A stretch of DNA of 46,920 nt from a bacterium (GTDB lineage Bacteria > Babelota > Babeliae > Babelales > RVW-14), in contig JBDRBF010000020.1 in assembly GCA_043822925.1 (NCBI GenBank), positions 1-46,920 on the forward strand. The letters run 5' to 3'. Made by a program: the position numbers and the translations under genes. The stretch's first letter is position 1. The number at the start of each line of letters is the position of its first letter. The notes beneath the pieces are model-generated. The model worked only from the letters and a program-made list of their open reading frames with translations. It was not told the DNA's origin and ran no database searches. This document shows positions 19,520-28,794 of this stretch, one piece after another.

Positions 19520-20029
19520 TCATAGTGCTACGGCGGCTTCTTGTGTTATTTCTTCCGTTTGGGTTGCAGCATCAACTTGGGTTGCAGCGTTGGTGTTTTT
19601 GAGATGATTTGAACACTTTTTCATAAAATTAGAAAGCATCGAGAGGAAGATGTGTACCTCAAAAACAATATTAGGGGTTTCTTTTTTTAAGGTGTATCTT
19701 CCATTTGCGCAAAGGTATATTTTTTCTGCGGGATTTTTTTCCATGAAAGTGCTTATATTCTTAGGGAGATTAATATGTTGGGCTTTGAGGACTACATCTT
19801 CGTTTACTTTGCTGAAAAGCCATGTTAAGCCTGTTGTATCTTGCAAGCGCAGCTCTAAGAGGTCTTCTTTTGTCTCGCATGCTTTAACGTCGTTATATAT
19901 TTTTACAAGTTTTGAGATTTCGACTTTTCCAATGTCTTTGATATCGACTTCTGGGCTTACGGCTTGCATTTGCATAGTACATGTTGTTAGGGCTAGAGCG
20001 AGAATTATTTTTTTTGTTCGTATCATCAT
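19520..20029 (-). CDS. Secreted hypothetical protein
   Basis: MMIRTKKIILALALTTC signal peptide; domain shared with 17664..18620. Confidence 0.85.
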   Translation of the reverse strand: MMIRTKKIILALALTTCTMQMQAVSPEVDIKDIGKVEISKLVKIYNDVKACETKEDLLELRLQDTTGLTWLFSKVNEDVVLKAQHINLPKNISTFMEKNPAEKIYLCANGRYTLKKETPNIVFEVHIFLSMLSNFMKKCSNHLKNTNAATQVDAATQTEEITQEAAVAL

Positions 20030-20207
20030 GAGATTTTCTTTCCAGTAAAAAAGTTTGTATTTTTCTGCCCAATAAGCACTCCGTGTGTTTATTGTTTATG
20101 CAAAATAATATTGAGAGGGCTAGTTTAATTTCTTTTTTGAGTAATGCAAGAGAAAGTATGGGATAATTTAAGCTCTGGTAGATTTTGTGATTTTGGTGAT
20201 TTGGAAA

Positions 20208-20873
20208 CTAGCGTAAAAAACCATCGATTATAATTTGTTCGGCATTGTGCGGTATAATGCCTCGGCTTTGTAGATAAAATAAGTGATTGGTATCAAGTGT
20301 GCTGATGGCTGCGCCGTGTTTGCACTGGGCATCATGCGCTAGAACTTCAAGCGTTGGTTTGCCGATTATATGAGCATGTTTGCTGAGCAGTATGTTTTTG
20401 CTTGATTGTGTAGCCTCAGATTTATAGGCTTCTTTTTCTATGCGAATAAGATTGTCGCAGGTAAATTGCGCTGTGTCATTTAAGACACTTTTTACTTTTA
20501 CGGTACTTTTTGTATGTGGCGCTTGATGGTGCTGGGTTGTTTTAAATATAAAATTATTTGTTTTTGTACCGTAATAGAGCCCTGTGATTGTTGCGTTGGC
20601 GCTTGTGCCAGCTAAGTGTACGATTATAGAGAGAGATTTGCATGTTTTTGGGCCTGTTTTTTTGCTAGAGTGCTTAATGTTTTTGAGTACATAATTTAAT
20701 GTACTGTTTTCTTTCAGAATAAACTCACGCGAGTAGTTATGATTTTCTGGGATTTCAAGATTTGTGGTGTCTAATTTTAGGGTGCATGTGTTATTGCACA
20801 AGTCGTCAAGAATATCTAAGTGTGTGTTTTTTGGGACTGTAATAATTGTATGCGTATTTTTGGCGTTATTCAT
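20208..20873 (-). CDS. sufD: SufD-like Fe-S assembly protein (short)
   Basis: HQAPHTKS, KPTLEV...AQCKHGA, LFYLQSRGI; ATG overlaps the sufB stop. Confidence 0.88.
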   Translation of the reverse strand: MNNAKNTHTIITVPKNTHLDILDDLCNNTCTLKLDTTNLEIPENHNYSREFILKENSTLNYVLKNIKHSSKKTGPKTCKSLSIIVHLAGTSANATITGLYYGTKTNNFIFKTTQHHQAPHTKSTVKVKSVLNDTAQFTCDNLIRIEKEAYKSEATQSSKNILLSKHAHIIGKPTLEVLAHDAQCKHGAAISTLDTNHLFYLQSRGIIPHNAEQIIIDGFLR

Positions 20874-22308
20874 GGGGTGTTTCCATTTCAAGTTCAATAA
20901 GCCGGTTCATTTCTATCGCAAATTCCATTGGCAATGTTTTGACCAGCGGGCTAATAAACCCGTTAATAATAAGCGTTCGTGCGTCGGAGCTGGACAGTCC
21001 CCTGCTCATTAAATAAAATAATTTATCGTTGTTTATCTTGCTTACTGTTGCTTCGTGTCCAATATCACAGGGCGCTGTTTGTATATCTATAATTGGGTAC
21101 GCGTCGGCACGTGATTGCCCATCAAGAATAAGCGCATCACACTGAACAAACGATTTACAAGATAGAGCATTTTTTGTGACTTTTACTAAGCCGCGATAGC
21201 TTGTTCTGCCACCGTTATTACTAATAGATTTAGAGATTATTCGTGAACTGGTATGCGGGGCTGTGTGTATTACTTTGCCGCCAGAATCGTTTATTTGAGA
21301 ATTACTTGTTGCCATAGCAAGCGACAAGATCTCGGCGCGTGCTCCGGGTTCTTGTAATATTATGCACGGATATTTCATGGTTACTTTGCTGCCAAGATTA
21401 CAATCTATCCATTCGACGCATGCGTTTTGGTAAGCTATAGCACGTTTGGTAACTAAGTTATAAATGTTTTTTGACCAGTTTTGTATCGTATAATACCGTA
21501 TCTGTGCGCCGGGTAATGCGATAATTTCGACGACTGCTGAGTGCAGCGAGCTACTGGCATATGTCGGGGCCGTACAGCCCTCGATATAGCTTACTGATGC
21601 GTCTTTGTCGACAATAATTAATGTGCGTTCAAACTGGCCCATGCGTGGGGAGTTAATTCTAAAATATGTTTGTAATGGCACAGAAACATGTACGCCTGCT
21701 GGTACGTAAATAAAGCTCCCGCCACTCCAGACGGCTGTGTTAAGTGCTGCAAATTTATTGTCTGTGTATGGGACCAGTGTGCCAAAATATTGGCGCAATA
21801 AATCTTCGTGTTTTCTTAAGCCAGAATCTGTGTCGAGAAATATAATGCCGAGTTCTTCCCATTCTTTTTTAAGATTATGGTACACGACTTCAGATTCGTA
21901 CTGTGCCCCTAGGCCAGCCAAGTGTTCGCGTTCTGCTTCTGGAACGCCTAGGCGTTCAAATGTATGTTTAATATCTTGTGGGACATCATCCCAGGTTCTT
22001 TTTTGTTGTTTTATTGGTTTTAAATAAAAGTATATATCGTCGATGTTTAGTTCAGATAAATCAGGGCCCCATGTTTGCACTGGGTGCTTTATGAATTCTC
22101 CCAGCGCTTTTAGGCGCAGCTCAAGCATCCAGGCCGGTTCATTTTTTTCAGCCGAGATCTTTCTGACAATTTCTTCGGTCAGGCCTAGATCTGATTTATA
22201 TACAAATTGTTCTGGAACAGAAAAGTTCCCGTTTTGGGCTTTATCTGTTTTCGTATTATCTGTGTTGGTGTTATCTGGATTTGTACTGTTGTTTGTGTTC
22301 TTTTTCAC
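20866..22308 (-). CDS. sufB: Fe-S cluster assembly protein SufB
   Basis: AQYESEVVY, WSGGSF, GQFERTLII, YIEGCTAP, KVTMKYP. Confidence 0.97.
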   Translation of the reverse strand: MKKNTNNSTNPDNTNTDNTKTDKAQNGNFSVPEQFVYKSDLGLTEEIVRKISAEKNEPAWMLELRLKALGEFIKHPVQTWGPDLSELNIDDIYFYLKPIKQQKRTWDDVPQDIKHTFERLGVPEAEREHLAGLGAQYESEVVYHNLKKEWEELGIIFLDTDSGLRKHEDLLRQYFGTLVPYTDNKFAALNTAVWSGGSFIYVPAGVHVSVPLQTYFRINSPRMGQFERTLIIVDKDASVSYIEGCTAPTYASSSLHSAVVEIIALPGAQIRYYTIQNWSKNIYNLVTKRAIAYQNACVEWIDCNLGSKVTMKYPCIILQEPGARAEILSLAMATSNSQINDSGGKVIHTAPHTSSRIISKSISNNGGRTSYRGLVKVTKNALSCKSFVQCDALILDGQSRADAYPIIDIQTAPCDIGHEATVSKINNDKLFYLMSRGLSSSDARTLIINGFISPLVKTLPMEFAIEMNRLIELEMETPHE

Positions 22309-22360
22309 GCGTGCCTAATGCTTATTTTGTCATCTCAAGTGCTCCCCCCTAGATACAACG

Positions 22361-22385
22361 CGCTCACCCTGAGCTTGTCGAAGGG
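22361..22385 (+). repeat. Palindrome family A, intergenic
   Basis: CGCTCACCCTGAGCTTGTCGAAGGG. Confidence 0.85.
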
Positions 22386-22464
22386 CCAAAGCCTTGAAAG
22401 TTCTTTTTTAAGAGCAAAAGCGTAGCACATTTCGCGAAGAATATTAAATAGACGTTATTTAACT

Positions 22465-23139
22465 TCAAATTTGTCGATTCTGGAGGTTTTTTGGGCTTTC
22501 AGGGGTCATATTCATGTCCGTTTCTTGGTTTTCGTATATTTTGTTTTGGATCGTTAGATTGTTAAAGTAAATTTGTGTTCTTTGTTTTTTTTCATATTTT
22601 TTTTCTTGTTCAATCAAATCGTTGCGTTCTTTTAGGTCAGGCGTGAAGACTTCATAAAGTGTGTCTTTTATGAATAATACTGTTTTGTTCATGATGTTTT
22701 TGGCGTTTGAGTTGTTTCTTGTAAGCACATCTATAAACGTGTTAATTTTATCGAGAAAGAGTTCGAGGTTTTCTTTGTAAAAATCTTGATTAAAGACTTG
22801 GAAGAAAAAGAATACGTTTTTTTTGAGCATGATTAATGATTGGTTGTTATCTGTAAAAAATTTCTGTTTATATCTTTCTAAGATTGTATAAATACGTGAT
22901 TTAATGTGTTGTTTAAAAAAGTTTAAAGGGGGGATCTCTTTACGGATTTCTTTGGGAAGTGCCCAGCGAAAGTATTGATAAAATTCTGCAAATTCTTCAG
23001 GGGTAAACTTTGTATCGATGATATTTGTTAATTCTTTGTCGTGAGATAAATCTTGTTTTAATGTGTATATATTTGAATTTATAAGCGCAATTAAAATTAT
23101 TGTGGTGGCAAAGAATTTTAGATTACATATCGTTTTCAT
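22465..23139 (-). CDS. Secreted hypothetical protein
   Basis: Signal peptide; AAGGGGG SD. Confidence 0.75.
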   Translation of the reverse strand: MKTICNLKFFATTIILIALINSNIYTLKQDLSHDKELTNIIDTKFTPEEFAEFYQYFRWALPKEIRKEIPPLNFFKQHIKSRIYTILERYKQKFFTDNNQSLIMLKKNVFFFFQVFNQDFYKENLELFLDKINTFIDVLTRNNSNAKNIMNKTVLFIKDTLYEVFTPDLKERNDLIEQEKKYEKKQRTQIYFNNLTIQNKIYENQETDMNMTPESPKNLQNRQI

Positions 23140-23287
23140 GGGGCCCCCTTGTAAATCGCCAGAATAGTTTTCTTAGACCTAAATTTACGTTTAGTATTTA
23201 TAATAATTTTATACGTAACGTGAATATACACCGAGAATAGGTGGCGATAGCAAGAGTTTGAGAAAAATAGGACGCAGCCCCAGGTTT

Positions 23288-25180
23288 TTATTTTTTATAA
23301 AACATTGGTAGTTCGCTGCCATGCCAAGAATCAATATTGATACATCCCAGATCTTTGAGTAATTCGATATCGCACTTATTATTGGTTTCTTTTTTATTAT
23401 GTTTTTCTGATTTTTTGATTTGGAGATCGATAATATTCTTATCTAAAGAACAGACCCAGCCGTGGCCATTAAAGCTAATAAAATTTTTGCGCTCTAGTTT
23501 ATTTAACTCGTTTAGAATTTCTTTCCAGACGCTCATAAAACTGTCGCCATTTTGGTTTGGTTCTATCGCGAGTGTCTTGAAGTTTTCAAATGTCCAGCCG
23601 GTATGTATGTTTTCTTCTAGGTCTGCAGTTTTGTAGAACGCGTGTTTATTGAGTGCGCCATAGAGTAAGTAATTTACTTTGCTCATGACACAGTAGGCGA
23701 GCATTTGGGTGTCGCCAGGTAAATATGTTTCGAGTAATTTTGGCGTATATTTGTTTTGTTTTTCTTTGCTTCTATATATTGTTTTGGATATAGAGCTGGT
23801 TTTTACGTTATCACAAAATTGAGTGTAACTTTCCCAGGGGCTTATGCTCCAAGAGATCTTGTCATCCCAGACTTGCCTGCCCTTTGGAGCCACTTGGGCG
23901 TAGTAGGGATCTGGGTTCAAGAGCTTGCCCGGCGTAGCCTCGTGCGAAGCCTGGGCCTTTTTCCTATATTTAAAATCGACGATATTTTGTGTTCTTTTAT
24001 AAAGCTCTGGGTTTTTGCCAAAAATTTCGGCCAGATGGTATTGCAAAAGCATCTCTTTTGTAAAATAGGTATTGTCCCAAAGATTTTCTGTTTTATTAAA
24101 TAGGTCTTGTAGTTGTTTTGTGACTATATAAAGAGGGTGCTTTGTGTCTTGTGAAATATCATGATTGTTATTGTCTAGGCCCAGGCGTAAAAGCATCAAT
24201 TTGTATAAGCCGGTTAAGTAAAAACAGTATTTTTGATTATTAAGCATTAATGTTATTTCGGGGGTGCTAAAATCAAAGGCATTTTCCGGCATGCCGAGTA
24301 AGTTTGCCGGTTGCATGATTGTTTCACTTTGATGTTCAGCAAGAGCTCCTGGGATTGTTTGTTCGTCTCTGAATGTATAGTTGAGGGCGTTAACTTTATG
24401 GGCATAAAATGTTTTTTTATTATTGAGCGAGCGAGCGTCTGTTTGGGATAAATGTGTTATTGGAGTTGTGATTTGGTTTGTTAGTGTGTTTTTGTCGCCC
24501 GTGAACATTTTATAGTAGTTATCTTGCTTTGCGTTATAGCCATAATAAAAACCATTTTCGTCTTGGTAAAAGGGCATCTTTGTTGCATTGTTGGCAATAA
24601 ATTCGTCGCCGCGTATTGAATCAGTAGTTTCTTGAGAGCTCAGTTGGCTGGTCGCCCTATCAAAATAGATTTTTTCAAGTGCTTCCCGGTGAGCTATAAA
24701 GTAGGGGCATGAATAAAAAGAAAAGATATTATTAAAGTTAGATATAAATGTGTTCTCTTGTGTATACATATGGGGCAGTACTGGCCCTTTGTCTATACCT
24801 GTTTTAATAAAAACTTGTAAGGCCGGATATTTTGAGCTGAGTATTTGTTTGAATGTTGCGTGCCAGGTTATAACGTACTGGTATTCTCGTCCAAACCAAA
24901 TTCTTTTAGTTGCCCACTGTGCGTCGGGAATATCTGTTAGTTTGTTTGTTTGTTTAAGTAAGTTTTCGAGTTTATGCAGGTTATACATGGGTGAAATAAA
25001 ACAGGTACTGTTTACTTGTTGGTGGAATAGATATTTGGTTGCTTTTGGGGTTTGAGGGGCTAGATCTTCATCTGGTAATTTTTTAGAATAACTTTGAGAT
25101 AATTGAATCAAAGATTTTGAAAGTTTCAGGAGTGCATGCTTGAGCTTGTTTAGTTGTGCTCCAAGCTTTTGCCCGATCAT
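23288..25180 (-). CDS. Hypothetical protein with N-terminal heptad helix and in-frame palindrome insertions
   Basis: 630 aa ORF; no recognisable domain. Confidence 0.8.
   Translation of the reverse strand: MIGQKLGAQLNKLKHALLKLSKSLIQLSQSYSKKLPDEDLAPQTPKATKYLFHQQVNSTCFISPMYNLHKLENLLKQTNKLTDIPDAQWATKRIWFGREYQYVITWHATFKQILSSKYPALQVFIKTGIDKGPVLPHMYTQENTFISNFNNIFSFYSCPYFIAHREALEKIYFDRATSQLSSQETTDSIRGDEFIANNATKMPFYQDENGFYYGYNAKQDNYYKMFTGDKNTLTNQITTPITHLSQTDARSLNNKKTFYAHKVNALNYTFRDEQTIPGALAEHQSETIMQPANLLGMPENAFDFSTPEITLMLNNQKYCFYLTGLYKLMLLRLGLDNNNHDISQDTKHPLYIVTKQLQDLFNKTENLWDNTYFTKEMLLQYHLAEIFGKNPELYKRTQNIVDFKYRKKAQASHEATPGKLLNPDPYYAQVAPKGRQVWDDKISWSISPWESYTQFCDNVKTSSISKTIYRSKEKQNKYTPKLLETYLPGDTQMLAYCVMSKVNYLLYGALNKHAFYKTADLEENIHTGWTFENFKTLAIEPNQNGDSFMSVWKEILNELNKLERKNFISFNGHGWVCSLDKNIIDLQIKKSEKHNKKETNNKCDIELLKDLGCINIDSWHGSELPMFYKK
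23861..23955 (+). repeat. Family B inside C (23861..23918) plus a second B copy (23923..23955), within a CDS
   Basis: GTCATCCCAGACTTG[33 bp]ATCTGGGTTC, then CCGGCGTAGCCTCGTGCGAAGCCTGG (25/26 to 18451..18476). Confidence 0.85.
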
Positions 25181-25278
25181 AAAATCACTTCCCCCAGAAA
25201 ATGAGATTAATAACGAAAAACTAATATATGTTTTATATTCTAGTTAGTTTAGGAATCAAAAAGCGAGAGTTTTATAGA

Positions 25279-27132
25279 TTAGGCTTTTCTGGTATGGAAA
25301 ATGATAATTGAAATGGCGGCTGGCGTCATGCCGGGGATCAGTTGGGCTTGTGCTATGGTTTTTGGTTTGTAATGGTTAAGCTTTTCTTGCATTTCTCCCG
25401 TTAGTCCAGGAAAATTGAGGTAATCAAATTTATCTGAGATTTCCAGCTCTTGGTATTTTATGGCTTTTTCGACTTCTAGGTGTTCTTTCTTTATGTATCC
25501 AGCGTATTTTATTTCGGCATGTATGCACAAGAGGGCTCGGCTTGAGAGTGCTTCTATATTAATAGATTTGGCGAGCAATAATTCTCGGGCTTTTTTCTGC
25601 GTGTCTGCGTCAAATGTAATCGAATTCAATGTTTCATAGAGCTCGCCCTTATTTCGTTCTTGTTTTACGATATTTACGCACGTTTCGATTATATTTTTTT
25701 CTTCTAAGAATTTAGTGTATAAATTGTCGTCTATTAGTCCCAAGTTTTTGCCATAGGGCATGAGGCGTAAAAAAACGTTATCTTGGCGCAATAATAAGCG
25801 GCGTTCAGCTCGTGAAGTAAACATGCGATATGGTTCATCGACTCCAAGCGTGATCAAATCGTCAATCATGACGCCGATATAACTTTCATTTCTATTTAGT
25901 ATGAATTGCTGAGCGCCTGTTGCTTTTAGGTGGGCGTTTATTCCAGCCAGCAACCCTTGGCCTGCAGCTTCTTCGTATCCCGTAGTTCCATTTATTTGTC
26001 CTGCCAGATATAACCCCTGAACAGTTTTGGTTTCCAAACTGTGCGTTAAATTACTTGGCTGAATAAAATCGTATTCTATAGCGTAGGCACATTTTGTAAT
26101 TTGGGCGTTTTCGAAGCCTTTAATAGATTTTATATATGCTTCTTGCACGTGTAATGGGAGCGATGTTGAAAGTCCTGCTGGATATATTTCTTCATAGCCT
26201 TGTCCTGGGTGCTGGCCTTCTGGTTCTACAAAAACGTGATGCATAGGTCTATCGGGAAACCGGCGAACTTTATCTTCTATTGATGGGCAATATCTTGGGC
26301 CAACTCCCGTAATATGTCCTGAGTATAGAGCAGCCAGGTGCATCGTATCTTTTATGATTTGGCATGTGTTTTCGTTGGTTTGAGTTATATGACAGGGCAT
26401 TTTTTCTTGCACATCTATTTGTTGAAATTCGTATAAATAATCAAGCTTTTGGTTTTCTTGTATGTTTAATTTTGAGTAATCGATGCTTGCGCGAGCTATT
26501 CTTGGAGGTGTTCCTGTTTTTAGGCGTCCCAGTTTTACGCCCATTGCTTGAGCGATAGAGTCAGAGAGGCCGTATGATGCTTGTTCGCCGCGCCTGCCTC
26601 CAAAATACCTGGTTCGGCCGACGTGTATGACCCCACGCATAAATGTTCCGGTTGTGACGACGACTGATGGCGCATAATAATTTGTGCCGTCGGCGCACTG
26701 TACCCCAATAATTTTATTTTCTTCTGTAAGTATTTGCGTGACCATTGCACTGAGTATCGTTAAATTTTTAGTGCTGTATAAAATTTCTGTTGCGATTCTA
26801 TTATATACGTATTTATCTATTTGTAGTCTTAATCCCTGTACTGCAGGCCCTTTACTTGTATTGAGCATGCGAGCTTGTAAGTAACTTTGTGTACATAGTT
26901 TTGGCATGAGGCCGCCCAGCGCACTTATTTCATAGACAATATGCCCTTTGCCCAGGCCACCAATAGAAGGGTTGCAGGGCATGGTTGCCATTTTTGTTGT
27001 GTCTGGCGTAAGCAAAAGTGTGTGTGAGCCCATTGTTGCTGCTGCATGTGCAGCTTCTACGCCTGCATGTCCTGCGCCCACTACTATGACATCAAAGTTA
27101 TTATTTTTATTATTGTTATTTATGTTCTTCAT
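25279..27132 (-). CDS. mnmG: tRNA U34 modification enzyme MnmG/GidA
   Basis: [51 protein letters not shown]. Confidence 0.98.
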   Translation of the reverse strand: MKNINNNNKNNNFDVIVVGAGHAGVEAAHAAATMGSHTLLLTPDTTKMATMPCNPSIGGLGKGHIVYEISALGGLMPKLCTQSYLQARMLNTSKGPAVQGLRLQIDKYVYNRIATEILYSTKNLTILSAMVTQILTEENKIIGVQCADGTNYYAPSVVVTTGTFMRGVIHVGRTRYFGGRRGEQASYGLSDSIAQAMGVKLGRLKTGTPPRIARASIDYSKLNIQENQKLDYLYEFQQIDVQEKMPCHITQTNENTCQIIKDTMHLAALYSGHITGVGPRYCPSIEDKVRRFPDRPMHHVFVEPEGQHPGQGYEEIYPAGLSTSLPLHVQEAYIKSIKGFENAQITKCAYAIEYDFIQPSNLTHSLETKTVQGLYLAGQINGTTGYEEAAGQGLLAGINAHLKATGAQQFILNRNESYIGVMIDDLITLGVDEPYRMFTSRAERRLLLRQDNVFLRLMPYGKNLGLIDDNLYTKFLEEKNIIETCVNIVKQERNKGELYETLNSITFDADTQKKARELLLAKSINIEALSSRALLCIHAEIKYAGYIKKEHLEVEKAIKYQELEISDKFDYLNFPGLTGEMQEKLNHYKPKTIAQAQLIPGMTPAAISIIIFHTRKA

Positions 27133-27281
27133 GTTATGAAGTTTATACTATTTTTAACTGCTTATCACGGCCCTAAATAATCTTTTTTGTTGTATTTTTG
27201 AACTACGCGTGTTTAAAATTCTATTAGTGTTTTTATGGCGCTGGATTTATTGAAAATTTTGTAAAAAGGGAGTTTGAGACA

Positions 27282-28778
27282 ATGAAGCGCATAATTTTGG
27301 CAAGTATGTTTTTTGTGGCATTGTTGAGTATTGGGTCAGTTCTTTTTGGGCATTCGAAAAAGAACTTTTTAATGCCACGGGCTGTTGGCGTTAATGCGGT
27401 GATGGAGCACGTAACCTGGCAGAGCCAAATTTATGTGCCAAATTATAAACACAAAATTAATAGTTATATTCACGTAACGCCGTTTTATCAAACTTCAGAT
27501 AATAAGCATGTAATTGGTGGCTATTTTGGTCTGAACGGTGTAAATGGTAGCAATGTAATTACTTTTGGTAATACAGCTAAATATGATGAGCATTCAGCCG
27601 ATCTTGATGGTGCTTATTTTATTCATAATAACGATTTGTATGACGAAAGTCCCATTAATGGCACCATGTTTACTCTTAACCCTGAACAAGAAGTTTGGGG
27701 TGCTCGTTTAGATTTCTTCCAAACTATTAATATACCTATTAAAGACTTATTTTTCAGGATAAGTATGCCTGTTGTTCATATAGAAAATAATGTAAAAATG
27801 GGCGTTACGTTTCCTGTTTATAATCCAACAGGTGTTGTGTCGTATGCTGGGACTAATGTGGCATATAATATTATAGATTTTTTTGCAGGGCGTGTAACGG
27901 TAGATCAAGCAACGTCTGGGGCTAATATGCAATTGTCACTTACTAAGGCTAAAGTTGATGGTCGTCAGTCCAAAAATGGCGTAGCAGATATCGATTTGTC
28001 TCTTGGTTATAAGCTGCTTTTTAAAAAAACAAAATATGCATTTTTTGATATCGGCATTACTATTCCAACGGGAAATACGCCTCGTGGCGACTATTTGTTT
28101 GAATCGGTTTGTGGTAATGGCGGTCACGTTGGTCTTGGAACTAGTCTTAACGTTGGGCTTGAACTTTGGAAATGCGAAAAATATTGGATTCGTGTAGATA
28201 GTGCTGTTAAATATAAATATTTGTTTGAGTCTACTGAGAAACGTACACTTGGGATTAAAGATATGTCAGGAAAATCTCTTCCATATGGCCAATATTATTT
28301 GGGAGGGGTTATTAATCAACCGGCCAATACAGCGTATTTCCCGTTGGCAAACGAAGTTACGCGCGATGTAAATATAAAACCAGGTAGTCAAATCGACTCC
28401 CTTATTAATTTTTCTTTTAATACAAAGCACTTTGTTATTGATTTTGGATGCAATATGTATTGGAAAGATGATGAATCTTTGTCTGTAAAAAATTGGAAAG
28501 ATGGTGTTTATGCGATAGCAACCACAAATGATTTGACGGATGCTGATTTTGTAAATGTCCCTGGTGGTGAAAGTTACATTGAATTTACTCTTGATCCTGC
28601 GACTGCAAAAACACCAACTCAATTGACGCATAAAATTTTTGCAGGGTTTGCATACAAAACTGATATTTCAAAATGTTATCCAACATTTGTAGGCTTTGGC
28701 GGTTCTTATGAATTTGTGAGTAAAAATTCAGCACTTGAACAATATGCATTGTGGGTAAAAGCAGGACTATCTTTTTGA
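27282..28778 (+). CDS. Predicted outer-membrane beta-barrel protein, paralog 1
   Basis: Signal peptide; about 12 amphipathic strands; GVAD..PTG..GNGGHVG; ends WVKAGLSF. Confidence 0.7.
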   Translation: MKRIILASMFFVALLSIGSVLFGHSKKNFLMPRAVGVNAVMEHVTWQSQIYVPNYKHKINSYIHVTPFYQTSDNKHVIGGYFGLNGVNGSNVITFGNTAKYDEHSADLDGAYFIHNNDLYDESPINGTMFTLNPEQEVWGARLDFFQTINIPIKDLFFRISMPVVHIENNVKMGVTFPVYNPTGVVSYAGTNVAYNIIDFFAGRVTVDQATSGANMQLSLTKAKVDGRQSKNGVADIDLSLGYKLLFKKTKYAFFDIGITIPTGNTPRGDYLFESVCGNGGHVGLGTSLNVGLELWKCEKYWIRVDSAVKYKYLFESTEKRTLGIKDMSGKSLPYGQYYLGGVINQPANTAYFPLANEVTRDVNIKPGSQIDSLINFSFNTKHFVIDFGCNMYWKDDESLSVKNWKDGVYAIATTNDLTDADFVNVPGGESYIEFTLDPATAKTPTQLTHKIFAGFAYKTDISKCYPTFVGFGGSYEFVSKNSALEQYALWVKAGLSF

Positions 28779-28794
28779 GTAAGGGGACGTGTTT

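Noticed and set aside
19458-19523. N-terminal extension of ORF 18762..19523
   Set aside because: The duplicated leader indicates the true start is MMIRTK at 19457.
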